From the human T2T-CHM13v2.0 reference genome, Homo sapiens: a stretch of 64,000 nucleotides of DNA. Both the position numbers and the translations under genes were made by a program. Shown here piece after piece: positions 41,923 through 56,052 of this stretch (positions are counted from its first letter, which is position 1; the number at the start of each line of letters is the position of its first letter). The stretch covers positions 25,536,001 to 25,600,000 of the forward strand of contig CP068257.2 in the NCBI GenBank assembly GCA_009914755.4, read 5' to 3'. The notes beneath the pieces are model-generated. The model saw only the letters and a program-made list of their open reading frames with translations. It did no database searches and was not told the DNA's origin.

Positions 41923-43424
41923 TTATAGCCGAATCTCGAAAAGTGAATAGGATTTTCTCAGTTACACATTGTGAGGAAGTATATTTCAGGCTGGAAAAGA
42001 ACATGTGCAAATATACAGTTGTATGCAATCATATGATCTATTAAGGGAACTCTAAGACATTTGGTGCTGATAAGATACGGTCAAGGGATGGGGTAGCTGC
42101 AGATTGAAACAGTGAAGTCCCAGAGAGCTCAAGTGGACAGTTATGCCGTATCTCAGCATTTGAACTCCATCTGACGAGTTAGAGAGCCAAAGATTCACCT
42201 TTTAGAAAAATAGTTGTATCAACATTATGAAGAATGAATTCTAGGAGAAAGAGGCCAGAAGAAGGAATGCTGGTTAAGAAACTATTACAGTTACTCATGT
42301 AGAAAATGATAAAGGAATTAGTTGAAGAAACAGCATGGAGCTGGTGGAGGTGGATTTGAGAGACAATTAGGAGTAGAATCCAAAAGCTCTACAAGCCACC
42401 CCCTTAGCACAACGGCCACACTAGTTATTTGCTATTCTTAGATAAACATTGCATTTTGTTGCCTCTGTGTGTCTCCTCAAGCTACTCTCTACACCTGAAC
42501 TGGATTTGTGTTACCCAAGAAGGGTAATAAATATGACTTTATTTGTTCTTTAAGGTTTTGATTCTCAAAGTGTGGTTTCAGAACCAACAGCAATGACCTC
42601 ACCTGAGAGCTTATTAGAAATGCAGAATCTCAGGTCCCATCCAGACCCTAGTGAATCAGAAACTGCATATTGACAAAATCCTCAGGAGATTCATACCTAC
42701 ACTAGCCCACACTAGAATTTCACAAGCCCTGTTTAAATCTCAGCTTAAACCTCACTTAATCCAAGAAACCCTTTTTGGTTTTCCTGATCTTTCTGATTCA
42801 TTAAAATAAATAAAGCTGACTAGTATTATGTTTAACAGTTTCTAGGTATCAGTTTCACTTATATCATGGTTATTTATACATGTGCCATTTGCCTTTTACT
42901 CCTTCCTAAATTATTAGCTCTAGGAGGCAGGAGCAGATCCCAATCCCATTGGTATTACCCATAGCTCCTATTCAAGACTTGACTTCTGATAGGCTTTCCC
43001 CAGAGATAGTGATGGTGACTTCTCTTGCTTCACTTGGCAGGCAAGTTGAGTCTCCAAGTCTTATGATAATGCATCATGCTGATTTCCTGACTTTCTTTGT
43101 CCATCCCTTGATAATGATCTCTTGGCTTTAGTAAAGCACTGTCCATGTTTAATTAATTAAATTCCTCTATTTGTATTTGGAAGTGTTAGAGATGCAAAAT
43201 TTATTCATTTAAAAAACACAAAGGATCTAGACAATCTTACAAGGGACTTCTTAGCAGTAGTCTTCAAAATGTAATATTTTGCTGAATTTTGGTAATATTG
43301 GCTTGAAAGAAATCTCTTTCAGAGCTCACCATACTGTCAGCATGACTGAAAGGAATTAATACATTTTTCTATCATAAAAGCACTGAATTTCCTGTGGCCA
43401 ATGTGATATAACCAGCACCCTTCT

Positions 43425-43486
43425 GAATTATTTTCCATTTGTTTTATGTTTAAAATTTAGAAGAAAATACAACGTGGTAGACTAGG
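43425..43486. repeat. Copy 1 of a roughly 55-65 bp direct repeat, partner at 45094-45157
   Basis: ttattttccatttgttttatgtttaaaatttagaagaaaatacaacgtggtagactagg versus ttacttttatccatttgttttatgtttaaaattttatgagaaaacagcattgtagaatagacac. Confidence 0.6.
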
Positions 43487-44356
43487 CTAAATTTAACATA
43501 TAATCCTGTGAAAGTTTTCCTTTTTTGGATGGCATATTGAGTTAAGGTTTTTTAAAAAGTGAGTCCCTCAAAACATCATTCTCTCTTAAGCAGCAGCGTG
43601 TACTTTGAATGGTTTGGAACTAAGTGTTTTAGATTAAAAAAAAAAGTCTTTCTTAAATAACATGCAGCTAACAGCTGGAAAAAGGGTAGTGAAGCGGTAA
43701 ACTGTCCATTATGTTTAAAGAACAACTTGGCTAAAATCCTTCCTTCTCATTAAAATCACTGAGTGTGCCTTCAGAATTTATGTAACTGTACTTAGGGTTT
43801 CTGTTAAACCCATTTATTATTTTTTTTTTCATTTCTAATCTAGACTAAATAATTAATCCATGTCAATTTAGAATTCCTTACTACTTTTTAAAAGTGTATG
43901 TTAGCCTATTTTTAGTTTCCATGAGAATTAGTAATAATGAATTTTCAGAAAGTAAAAATAATGAGGCTTTCTGGAAGAAACCACTGGATGTTTTACAAGT
44001 TAGCAAGGTGTGCTTTCAGTTTAAAATCATTCCACTGTGTTTCTTGTGAGGTTTCTAAAAAATCAGATAGAACTTTAAATGACATTCAGAGTTGAGGAAA
44101 GAGGTGAGGAGAAAAGGAAGCAGCACCCATTATTATGGATTTGAGTAATTCATCGAGTGATTCAGATGTAGTAGTTCTATTACCATTTTCTTTGACATGG
44201 TCCAAAAGCAAAGGTCAAGGTCGCTACACTTGTGTCCTTTACCCAATGCCACAGTCAGTTTAGAAAACTGTGCTTTAACTTACAATGATAACATCAGAGT
44301 GGGCTTTAAATTCAGATCCACCTATAGGTTTAAGACTCATTAGATTTATCCTTGTC

Positions 44357-44697
<341 letters not shown>

Positions 44698-44789
44698 TTA
44701 TAGTTGCTCTTTGAAGATAATGGATATTTTTTCTATGCCTTCTATTTTCTATATATCTTCTTGCCCCATTCCACTCTCTGCCTCCTTAG

Positions 44790-45086
44790 TTTTCTCTTTT
44801 TCTTTTTCTTTTTTCTTTTTTTTTTTTTTTTTTTTTTTTGCAGTGGCTTAATCTTGGCTCACTGCAGTCTCTGCCTTCGGGGCTCAAGTGCGTCTCCTGC
44901 TTCAGCCTCCTGAGTACCTGGGATTACAGGCCCCTGCCACCATGCCTGGCTAATTTTTGTAGTTTTAGTAGAGACGGGGTTTCACCATGTTGTCCAGACT
45001 GGTCTCGAACTCCTGACCTCAGGTGATCCACCTACCTCGGCCTCCTAAAATGCTGGGATTACAGGCATGAACCACCGCACCCAGCC
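44790..45086 (-). mobile_element. Alu SINE lacking about 35 bp adjacent to its tail, with a long T-rich tail-side tract
   Basis: tttctctttttctttttcttttttcttttttttttttttttttttttgcagtggcttaatcttggctcactgcagtctctgccttcggggctcaagtg...cctcctaaaatgctgggattacaggcatgaaccaccgcacccagcc. Confidence 0.92.
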
Positions 45087-45093
45087 CTTTGTT

Positions 45094-45157
45094 TACTTTT
45101 ATCCATTTGTTTTATGTTTAAAATTTTATGAGAAAACAGCATTGTAGAATAGACACT
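45094..45157. repeat. Copy 2 of the roughly 55-65 bp direct repeat, partner at 43425-43486
   Basis: See the partner feature. It lies immediately 3' of the Alu at 44790-45086. Confidence 0.6.
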
Positions 45158-45932
45158 TTTTTTTTCTTTTTCTTGCTTTAGGTTTTCTGAATTTCTGGCA
45201 TCTGGAACTTAGGAAACTATCAGCCATTATTTATTTGAATATTCCTTCTGCCACATTTTCTGTCTCTTCTAACCATGACACTCCAGTTAAATGTATGTTG
45301 AAAGTTTCATGCATATTCTCACTTTTTTTTAATGATCTGTGCTGTTTCATTTATTCCTCTTTTTTTGGCATATGTTTCTGTTTAGGAATTTTTGTCCTAA
45401 CATGTCATTTAGTTCAAAACTAATGTATATAGTCTTATGTTAAAGCCATCATTGTATCAATCTTAGATATTATATTTTTAGTTTTAGAATGCCCATTTGA
45501 ATCTTTTTTATTAAATCCAAATTTTGGTCAAAATTATCCATCCTTTCATCTATTCTTTCCATTCTTTTTTTAATTTTCTAGCTTGTATTATTTCTATAGT
45601 TATCAGCCCTGTTATTTTCACAGTCATTAAGTAAAGTCCACATTTTATTATTCCAATAACTGGCTCTTCTATTTCCATTGTCTGTACTATTTTTGATCAT
45701 GTTTCCATTTATCATATTGATTTATAATTTTAATATAATGCACAATATGGTGTATAAAAATCATATAGTCTTTGGATGATGTTATCTTCTTCCACAAAAG
45801 GTTGACCCTGAATTCAAGCAGGCAGCTTAAGGGGGAGCAAGTCTCCCTAATCCAATTAAGGACTGAGCTGAGTCCAGACATTTTTTTGCAGTTTGGTGAA
45901 GCTCATTCAATTACTCTTTCAATTTGATCTAA

Positions 45933-46354
<422 letters not shown>

Positions 46355-49300
46355 TTAAGATTACTAAATATTCATTCTATGCTTTTGTGGCATTTGACTT
46401 GGCTGCTTAATTTCTTATTTTGTAGAACTTAACAATTTGGCAAATGCCTCAGAATGACAGGCCTTCAATCCATTTCTCTCTATTTTTTTTTTTTTCTATA
46501 TCGTCTAGGCACATCAATTTCTGACTATCTTGGTGGTTCTAAACTCTAAAGTTCTGGTTTCTTAAGCTTATCTCTTGCTTGATTTCTTTATAATTCTCAT
46601 TCCGGAGGAGAGTGGAGCAACTACCACAAAAGCCCTTAAGAAAGAAACAGATTACAGATGTACTCAAATCAAATTGGCTTACTTGCTTATATTTTTGTTT
46701 TTCATGGATGTTGGCCCCTTAAGTCCTAGTTGCCTCAGCAATTCTCTAGAGCATTTACATATGAATATGTGTATAATTTATAAAGAATTGTGGTAGTTTT
46801 ACATGCTGTAAGCTACCCCATCCTGGTCAAAACCATGGGGGTATAAATAGGTATGAAAATATATAGGTGATTCCATGCATTGTTTTTAAATAAGCACAGA
46901 TGTAACAAGGTAGAGAATTAAGAAAATAAATACAAATATATTACTGTATACTTAGTTGAAGATGATACAATATTTATTTTTATATGTTAGGAAAAGTCAA
47001 AGAAAGAGAATGGAAGTTCATTTGACTTTTGTTAAGCACAAAAATTATGCAAGATTGACACAGTAAAATAAAATTTGAACCTTAATGTATTCCTAGGATA
47101 TACTGCTGGAAGATTTATGATAGGATGACTCAACATTTCTACATACCTTCTTCAAAGGCATTACTGTTTATCAACAATTTTTAGCTTGGAATAATTACTA
47201 CTAAATTCCAAAAATCTAATAGTAGGTAAAATCTGACACTAAACTTACAGTTTATAGTAGAATTTGCTCTAATAAAAATATTATTCTTAACAGTTTTATT
47301 TCTGTAAATGTAGATGTTCTTTCAATAATGAAAAGTAGTATATTATAAAGTGAACTAAAATAACATAAACAAGTAATCAAATGCATGCAGTTGAAATGAT
47401 TCAAATCTTCACAATGGATAAAGTGCTCAGTGTTTCATTTGGAAATTTTGGGGTCAGGTTTAATAGTACTGCATAGGGAAAAAAGAGCTCAAGCCTTATT
47501 TATTTTAAGGACTTCTGAAATTGACTTTGAAAAACACATTGAAATTCACACGAAAAGGAGTATGTAGTAGTTTAATTACACTATTGCATGGCTTTAGAAA
47601 TTATATAGTAATTTTCCGTTTTAAACAGCTTTAAAGAATAAATTCGCTAAGCTACAAAATATTGGAATCACGTTAGTTAACAAAGGACATGTATGTTTAT
47701 GGAATACTAAATTAATATAAAAAAAAGAATTGACCTTACCTTTGTAAATTAAATTAGGAAAAATTAAAGTTTGAGTTATATACATTTTGATATGCTGTAG
47801 CCATTTCAGATGTATAAGTTATTACTTGTTAATTTATTTTTTCAGTTTCATTAATCACTTTTACACAAACTATATGCAATAAAATGTTAAAATTACTTGA
47901 TTTTTTTTAAATTTTAGACTCTGTAAGTTATCAGAGTTTAAAACCACTTAGCTACATTTTGATGTATTTATTGATATCTGGCTTAACTTTTGTTGCTGTT
48001 TTGATTTTAATATATTAAATGAAGCAACTTGCTTTCCCATGTTTTGCTTTGAGTTTATAAGGCTCATAGCTATGATGTGAGTAATTCAACAATTTTTGGC
48101 CTTACACATTCTTTTTACTGAAATGTCTTTCTTTAAGTCTCCAACCAGAGGGAAAATTAGGTAATTAAAGAATTTTTTCTTTTGTTTATAGTAGAGGAAT
48201 GTGTGGACAAAATAAATATTATTTCTCTTGTATCTTTTTCTTTGCTTTTTTAAATACAAATGTTTCATTCTTTGTAATATCCATTTCAGTGAAAATGGTT
48301 AGTCCTCACATTGTGATAATATTTTGTTTTGTTTGTAATCATTCTTTAGTTCTGGGGAAAATTCTAATTTCTGATGGAATGTTACTTATGGAATTGATTT
48401 TACAGTAGAATACATACCTTTTAAAGGTTTCCCCTGCCTTAATCACAAAGAAAGGAAACTTTACTTCTGATACTTATGCTAAAACTAAGAGTCATAAAAA
48501 TAAGATGACTTGATCAATTTTAAGAGTAAATGAGTGGTAGAAACAGAAGGAGGAGGGAGATAAAACATAGAACAAGCTTCATGCTAGTGCCTTAGAAATA
48601 TTAGCTAGTTAAATCCCCTGATATTCCTGTAAGATAGATTCTTCCCATCTTACAGGTGAAAAAACTGGATCTCAAATCCAAGTGGGATGACGATGACAAA
48701 TGTGCATTATTCCACAGATGTGAAATGTATAAAGATTTTCTTTTTAGTCTTACTTTTTATTATGGAAAATTTTATGTGTAAAGAAGCTTAAGAACCCATG
48801 GGAATACAGACAATAAATGTCAGTGCTGATAATTAATTGCTTGCATTGGCTCTACCCATCCTGATGTTACTCTAATTATCAGGATCCAGATTAGCACTGT
48901 CACTGTCGTGTATTAGACAAGGAGAGTTTTCTACATTAATGTCTGAAGGAAGCTTCATCTGTTCATAAGGTCCTGTATTCCTTTAACCTTCAAAGACAAA
49001 AATTCAGTCTCATTTTCTGCTTTGCTCTGGAGATCCAATCTTTCAATAGGTCCTTCTCCCCAGGTGTCTGTGGAAATCTCAGGAAGGACTTCCATTTGCC
49101 ACACAACCCTCTGCTCTCTTGCCCAGCTGTTTGCCTCCAAACAACTCTCCCTCTCTACTCCCGTTCATTACTTTTGGTCTGGAGACCAGCATTCTTAGAC
49201 TATCTCTGCTCCTTCTTCTATAACTATTTTATCCAAGCTACGGATGCAAGCCTTTGATGTCTCACAATGAATGCAAGGCCAGGCCATAAAATTAAATAAA

Positions 49301-49772
49301 ACTTTATTGCAACAGAGCAATTTAAAATCAATTGCTGAGCATGTTGCTTTTTGAGTTCAGAATCCCTGTAGGAATACACAACCCCCCTCCAGCTGGAGCT
49401 AACTTCTGCATTTTTAGAAAGATTGCCAAGTAAAACACAGAATGCCCATTTCCATTTGAATTTTATAGAAACACAGAATAGTTTTATAGTATAAAATGTA
49501 TCAAACTATCAGGATATATTTATAATAAAACCGGAACATACTTATACCAAAACACTAGGATATACACTAAACAAGAAATTTAAAAATGTGATGCTTATCT
49601 AAAATTCAAATTGCACTGGGCAGCCTGTATTTTTATTTGCTGAATGTGGCAACTCTAGTTTCCCTAACCATAGGAGAGCACTGGACTAAGTCTTCCCCTT
49701 CCAGGGTCTAGGCCTCTAATTTCTCCAATCTTTTATCTTTAGATCTATTACTTACAGCATCAATGTAGTTTT

Positions 49773-49812
49773 ATTTTTTGTTTTTGTTTTATGTTTTGTT
49801 TTGTTTTTGTAA
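49773..49812. repeat. T-rich (TTTTG)n-like simple repeat
   Basis: ttttattttttgtttttgttttatgttttgttttgtttttg. Confidence 0.6.
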
Positions 49813-52800
49813 GCATATGTAAAATACATAACGTTTTTGGGGGGTAAACTAGCATCAAAAGAGCTAGATTCTGACTCTTGCTCTATTTGCAAGTCTTTGG
49901 ACATGAGGATGATCAAGGAACGCTTCTCAACTTCCTTTTATCCCTATTAGAATTCAGCTCAAACAGTAAGTCCTGCCTTGCATGGTGGCTGTGATAATTA
50001 GGTAAGAAATCAAGGGAGAAGGCATTCAGAAAGCATAAATTCTGACCCAACTATAGAGAAATACGTACAGCTTACATTGTCTTTTAGGTTATGTTTTACG
50101 TTGTGTTGTTTCATGGGAATGTCATGGGGGAGAATCTATAAACCGCAGCCAGATGGTAGAAGAGCATCCATCAAGGAGGGTAGACAACTTAGTCTTTGGT
50201 CTCCATTCTCTCTGGATGTCTTTCTGTGTCTACCTGTCAGCCTGGACCATGACATCTCTTCTAAATGGAATCTCAAATACTTCTGATTGGGGTTCCAAGC
50301 CATCTGCCCTCCTATGTTTCTGTCCAACACTGTTAACCTAATGTTTAATTATGTCTTCAGGCCCCTAGTCCTTAATCTTGGTATTTGGCATCACCTGATC
50401 TTAATTCCCAATCATTTTCGTGGTGGTTTTGTTTGTTTCTATTTCTGGATGCATGTGTGTGCTTGCTTTTCCTCTAGACTGTTTTCATATCATTTGAAAT
50501 CTAATGTCCGCCCTCACTCCCCCCATTCTCAGTGGTATTAAAAGAAGTACTGTGTCTCTTCTCTCCGATGTTTAAAAAGATCTTTCCAAATCATTTCACC
50601 AAATTTTGCTTTCTCTAAAGATTTTGAATGTTTATTATCCTTCTGAAATGTTGGCATATTCCTGAAGCTAACTGATACCAAATGTTATGTAAAATCTGTG
50701 AAGTTGCTCTTAGAAGGTGGTATTTATAAACTATATGTAAATGTGGAGTTTCAGCTCAGAGAGGGCTCAGTATACCTCTTTCCAATTCCATGGTTCCCAT
50801 GTGATGTGCTTTTGGATTTCAAGACAGTACTCCAAAGCTAACCATTCATTTGGGCCTAGAAATGTGTTTTCTGATAGTGTGGATGTTGTCAAAACAACTT
50901 GAGTAAAGCATTTGATTGAGTGCTGCTATGAGGACACCCCCAAGAAATTTAGCATTTATGTGATATTCCCCTTTTTCTTAGGAGAATAATATCTTCCAAG
51001 ACTTTTAATTCCCACTTCTACCTTCCAACGTAGTTATCAGGTGATAAAGGTATTTTTTGTTTATAGCATTGAGTGCTAACAAGATTCTTCAAATAATTTA
51101 ATTGAATGCCTTAAAATCTATGGATCTAATTTCTGTTTGTTGTTGTTGAATATGGATAAGCTTTCAAAGTGGAGCTAATTTTTTAGAAAAATAGTTCAAG
51201 TACTGAAGTATTGTGAGAAATGTTATTTCTTTGGCTGGACTGCCTCCCTGTTGCTGAATGGTTGGCGTACACGTCATGCTATCAAATCCTATCATTCTCC
51301 CATGCTAAAAAAAAAAAGTCAGACATCCAATAAAATAATTTGGCAAACCCGGCTTATGTATTCTGTGAAAATAAAATCAGTTTCTACAATCAATTATTTG
51401 AAAGGTCGCTTAAAAAAATTCTGTTTCCATTAATATTTTAAACTATTTCCTTTTAGTTGGGGGAAGAAAGGAGCAATGCCATTCTTTGTAGACTTAAGTA
51501 AATAAATGACATTTCAGTGTATAAGATTTAGAGTCATTCCTACCCAATTTAGTTTTCTTCTGTAAAGTTTATATGGCAATAAAATTTTCTCTATTTTTCT
51601 CATTCCATTTTTTTAAGTGGAATACAGTATTTTAAAAATTGAATAAATACATACAGAATTTCATATCAATATTTGTTGGCATAATTAGAAAAAGGAGAAA
51701 AAATTTGCCAAATAAAATATAGGTTGCCTAGTTAAATTTAAATTTTATATAAACAATACTTTTAAAAAATTATATCCCATGTAATATTTAGAACATAACT
51801 TACACTGAAAAATATCATTGTTTATCTGAAGTTCAAATTTCATTGGATATCCTGTATTTGCTAAATCTGTTAACAGTAGAAAGAAGATAAAGCAGATGGT
51901 GAAGTTAAAAAAAATTGAGGTATTATCAATGAAGTTTTGGACAGTACACTTGTAATTTAGACTAGAACTCTAATTTCATTAGCTGCAAAGTAAGGAAGAA
52001 GATACTTAATTCCTGCGTCTTCACAGAAGTTACTACATTCCATGGACAGGGCCAAGATTCTGCTTGAATTTTATAGATAAAAGAGATGCAGAGAGATTCA
52101 GAAACTTGCCTAAGCTAGCAAGTGGTACAGTTAAGATTACTCTTTCTGACTATAGTCAGTCTGTCTCCAAAGACGACTACACCCCACCTCTCTAAATGTT
52201 TCATCCCCAAGGAAAGGATTGGAAATACCAGACAGTTGTTCACTGGCAAAGTTCTTCATCTGACAAGTAATCATGATATCCCAATCTTGCAATGTTACTG
52301 TAAAGGATTGCTGAAAGATATGAATATATATCAAAACATAAATGAGAGTCACTTGACATTAACATTTGTTTTCTTTGTTAAGCATGTAAGTTTCTCTGAA
52401 TCACTGGGATCATGACAGGATTCAGAAAGCAGGACGTGGTATTAAGAAAATGAGAGGACAAGGAGATAATTTTGAATCTTTTATGGAGAAAGGCATTGAA
52501 TAATGTTAAAATAAAAGAAACAAGGAGAGAAATGCATCCTCGTATTAGTGTATGATCCATAGCCAAGCAAAACAAAATTTCAGGTATTTCATGAAAAGCT
52601 GTAGGGCTAGAGATCTTAAAATATTTTCAATGAGAGAGAAAGAGAATTTATGTTAATAGGTCTAATGTTACTAATTTTAGGTGTGCATATGAATATTAGT
52701 ATTGATGTTACTTATATTTACTGTTGTGTTGTAAATTTGTTATTTATTATGGCTCTCAAAGTTTTATCCCTAATTTTGTTTCCTAAGTCTTTTTTAGTCT

Positions 52801-52929
52801 CCTATAATAATAGTAGTAGTAGCTGTCATTACATGAGAGATTCTGTACAAGCACTTGACTTGCTAGCTCTTGGAAACTTAAAAACGTCTTTATTAGGAGT
52901 ATATTTGTGTGTGTGTTTAGTTTCCCTGT

Positions 52930-53040
52930 TTTAGTTATGGGTAAACTAAAGGCCAGTGAGTTTAGAAAAGCACTCAAGGTCACACAGCTAGTAAGAGAGT
53001 AGCCAAGTTGGAACCCAACAGCCCCCACTTTCCTTCTATG
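52930..53040 (-). mobile_element. MIR fragment
   Basis: aaagcactcaaggtcacacagctagtaagagagtagccaagttggaacccaacagcc resembles MIR cttgcccaaggtcacacagctagtaagtggcagagctgggatttgaacccaggtc. Confidence 0.5.
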
Positions 53041-54302
53041 TTGTACTATTCTGCTTCTAGTCATGTCTTAACTCCATTAATTATTATGATTGATGAATAC
53101 CTGGGTTAAATTGTCAAATCAATGCTGAAAAATCTCAACTCTCACTCCTAGATTTAAAAGCAATTTTTTTTCGGTGCAATTTGAAACCCTTAGAGACTTT
53201 CTGGTTTTAGGGTTTTGTAGGTTTCTGTCTTACTTTTCTGAGTAATTATTTTAATGGCCTTTCTGATTTTAATTTTAATTTAATTTAACTTAATTTCACC
53301 ATGTTGCCTAAGGGGAACACTACTTCTGACTTGAAATTTTCTGGAAGTCCTGATACAACTTTGACTCTTGTCATTTTAAAGGAAAAAAATGGCAGCATAC
53401 TGAAACGGTAAATGGAAAGGCCATGTTTTTTGAGTGACACCATTAGAGTAAAAACTAGCCAGAGGCATCTGGTGGACAAGCATCTGAGCCACACAGGAGG
53501 GAAGTCCTGTCCATGAGATGCATTCACGTGAGTCCTGGATTCAACTGCTTAGCTTGGCTCCACCATGGGTTCTTCTCAAAAACCAACCTTACAAAGTTGT
53601 TGTAAAGGCTAACAAACATATTTATTTATAGAACAATATAAATGATAGGTACTTGATAAATGGTGGTTATTTTATTAGTATGCTTAAGTAATGGAGCTTA
53701 ATCCATTCAATCAATTTCTCTATTTTTCACAGAGATAAGGAAATGAGCTTTTTGACAGCTTTTCCCTGCTATTAGATTAGTTGACAAGATGGTGTTAATA
53801 CACCCATTCAACCACCGTGGCAGACACTGTAGTTCCCGGACAGTGAAATTTTTGTTGCACCAAATACGATTATTGTGGTTTTTGTTTACAATGCTATACA
53901 TGTTTGTTGTTTATTTTATTTAACTTTAGTAGAAATGAGTTGCTTTATTTAAAAAAAATGACTGCTAATTTGATCACTGAAATAAAATTAAATGGCAGTT
54001 CAAGATGCAGACTTCTAACCAAGCTCTAGTATTAAACAATGCTGCTACTTTCCAATTCTCACTACTCATCAGATGTGTTGTATATATCCAAGATTGCGGA
54101 ATTTGGGAAAAAATATTTTTTCATTTAAGATGTCAAGTGTATTTTTTGAGTAGATCATCGTGAACATTGAGAAGTTTTGGATCATTTGCCCATATATGTT
54201 AACTGAATAAATGTACTGGAAAAATCTCTCTCAGCATTTTAAACTATTGACTTGTTTGTTAATGCAAATTTAGAATATATCATGAGACATTCTATCCCAA
54301 GA

Positions 54303-54650
54303 TCTGTTGAATTTTGTTGTATTATAGACCAGGGAATAAACAAAAAATCTACAAATCCAAAAAATAAGAGCATAGATGAGTATTTTCATAATATTTTTGA
54401 AAATCTCTGAGAAAGATGATTTATAAGAAAACATAATACTGGGTCATTTTGTCTCCCATCTTTATACAACTTGGTGAGTTGAGTGTCTGTTGAGTTTTGC
54501 TGTATAATAGACCAGGAAATAACCCAACAGTTCACTATAAAAGCTTAGATGGATATTTTCATAATATTTATGAAAATCTCTGAGAAAGATGAAAAGAAAA
54601 CACAAAACTGGGTCATTTTGCCTCTTGTCTTCATACGACTTTGTAGGTGG
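54303..54650. repeat. Tandem duplication with units of about 183 bp and about 165 bp, roughly 85% identical
   Basis: Unit A (54303-54485) tctgttgaattttgttgtattatagaccagggaataaac...tattttcataatatttttgaaaatctctgagaaagatgatttataagaaaacataatactgggtcattttgtctcccatctttatacaacttggtgagttgagtg. Unit B (54486-54650) tctgttgagttttgctgtataatagaccaggaaataacc...tattttcataatatttatgaaaatctctgagaaagatgaaaagaaaacacaaaactgggtcattttgcctcttgtcttcatacgactttgtaggtgg. Confidence 0.85.
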
Positions 54651-54697
54651 TCATTAAAAATAATTCCATCCTAGTCCATATGAATGCTGTAATTTTG

Positions 54698-54783
54698 TTA
54701 AATATTACTAGAAATAATAGAGTTTAAAATATAATACTTGTTAAATATTACTAGAAATAATAGAGTTTAAAATGTCATACTTA
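54698..54783. repeat. Tandem duplication of a roughly 43-bp unit, two copies
   Basis: ttaaatattactagaaataatagagtttaaaatataatacttg followed by ttaaatattactagaaataatagagtttaaaatgtcatactta. Confidence 0.8.
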
Positions 54784-54805
54784 ACATTCTAAAAAGAGAA
54801 AATTA

Positions 54806-54859
54806 TTAGGTTGGTGGAAAAGTAATTGTGGTTTTTGCCATTACTTTTGCACAACCTAA
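54806..54859. mobile_element. MADE1 (Hsmar1 mariner-derived MITE), internally shortened palindromic copy
   Basis: ttaggttggtggaaaagtaattgtggtttttgccattacttttgcacaacctaa versus MADE1 consensus ttaggttggtgcaaaagtaattgcggtttttgccatt...aatggcaaaaaccgcaattacttttgcaccaacctaa. The terminal inverted repeats are intact and the centre is missing. Confidence 0.75.
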
Positions 54860-56021
54860 TAAGTTAGATTATCATTATTATGGAACATTATCTTATATTA
54901 TTTCCTTCAAAAATGTGTAGCTTTTCAAACGCCATTAGACATTAAACCCTTTTAACACATGAGTTGTTTGTATTTTGCTTTTCTAACAAGACATCTAGAA
55001 TATGCTACGTTTTCTACTTTAGCATTGTTTCAACTTTGAATAATTACTTTCTGATAGATTGAATGTAGGTTTATTGAGAGGAATTATCATTTTAAATTGT
55101 TTTGGATATTTTTTCCTTTACTACTCAGCAAATCAAAAACTATTGTCAATGCTCTAATTATGATTTATAGAGATTAATTCCCACTACCAAAGTGTTGATC
55201 ATGATTTTTTTTTTTTTACAGGTACTAAAGCAGGTGTTTTACCTAACATCTCTGTGTTGCCAGGTTTTGCAGCCACTGAAGTTATTGATCACTTTTCAAA
55301 AATGTCTCACTTTGCATATCGACTACCCTCCGTTGCTCCCTGCTAGTTTTTAAATCTGCACTTTGGGGCACTAGAAGTGACTGAAATATCAGTTAAGTCC
55401 TATTTGACAAATACGTATTTAGAGTAACCAATTCAATAGGGCCATAAAGAAACTACGGGGTTAGTGCTAGTTAATATTGAGACATCAGTTTTGGGAATTT
55501 TGCTGTTTATTGGTGGAAGCTACAACGAGATTTTGTGTAGTTTCTATTAAAACAATAAAATATTATCTGATTCATAATTCAGTTCAAAATACGCTTTAAT
55601 GTTTTGCTAGATGTGTTGGACACTCAGCTTCTATTTCCATGGGCTGAATAATTGATGTTTACATTTCCCAGACATCCATACAGTTAGGGTTCTAAAAGTA
55701 AGTTACATCTTCCACTTGGATTTGGAACATTTCCTCATTCCAGGTTCCAGACCGCTATATCAACAGACTCGTAGAATGTTACTGAACACACTGAACACAC
55801 TGTTTGGTGGTGAACAGATGGTGGCTAAGAAGTTGCTCATGGTTCCTGGGAGTCCTAACCAGGGCCTGATACGGCAAACCTTTCAATGATTTGTAAACTC
55901 CTAGTGTATCTTATCTCCTTAAAACACATAAACACGTAAAACTGTGTCTCCTTAAAACACAGCATGGTTTTGTTTTCACCACTGAGCCCAAAGTAATTAA
56001 AACGAACTGCTATCACATTCA

Positions 56022-56023
<2 letters not shown>

Positions 56024-56052
<29 letters not shown>
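56024..56052. repeat. (TG)n microsatellite, about 14 units
   Basis: tgtgtgtgtgtgtgtgtgtgtgtgtgtgt then ctgtg. Confidence 0.95.

Noticed and set aside
55206-55345. Poly-T(12)+acag followed by about 130 nt with an open frame and two CpGs, which superficially resembles a 3' splice acceptor plus exon
   Set aside because: The T-run equally fits the A-tail of a minus-strand retroposed fragment. The open frame is only about 43 codons, and there is no donor site or conservation I can evaluate. Such chance open frames are abundant. It is left as unannotated.
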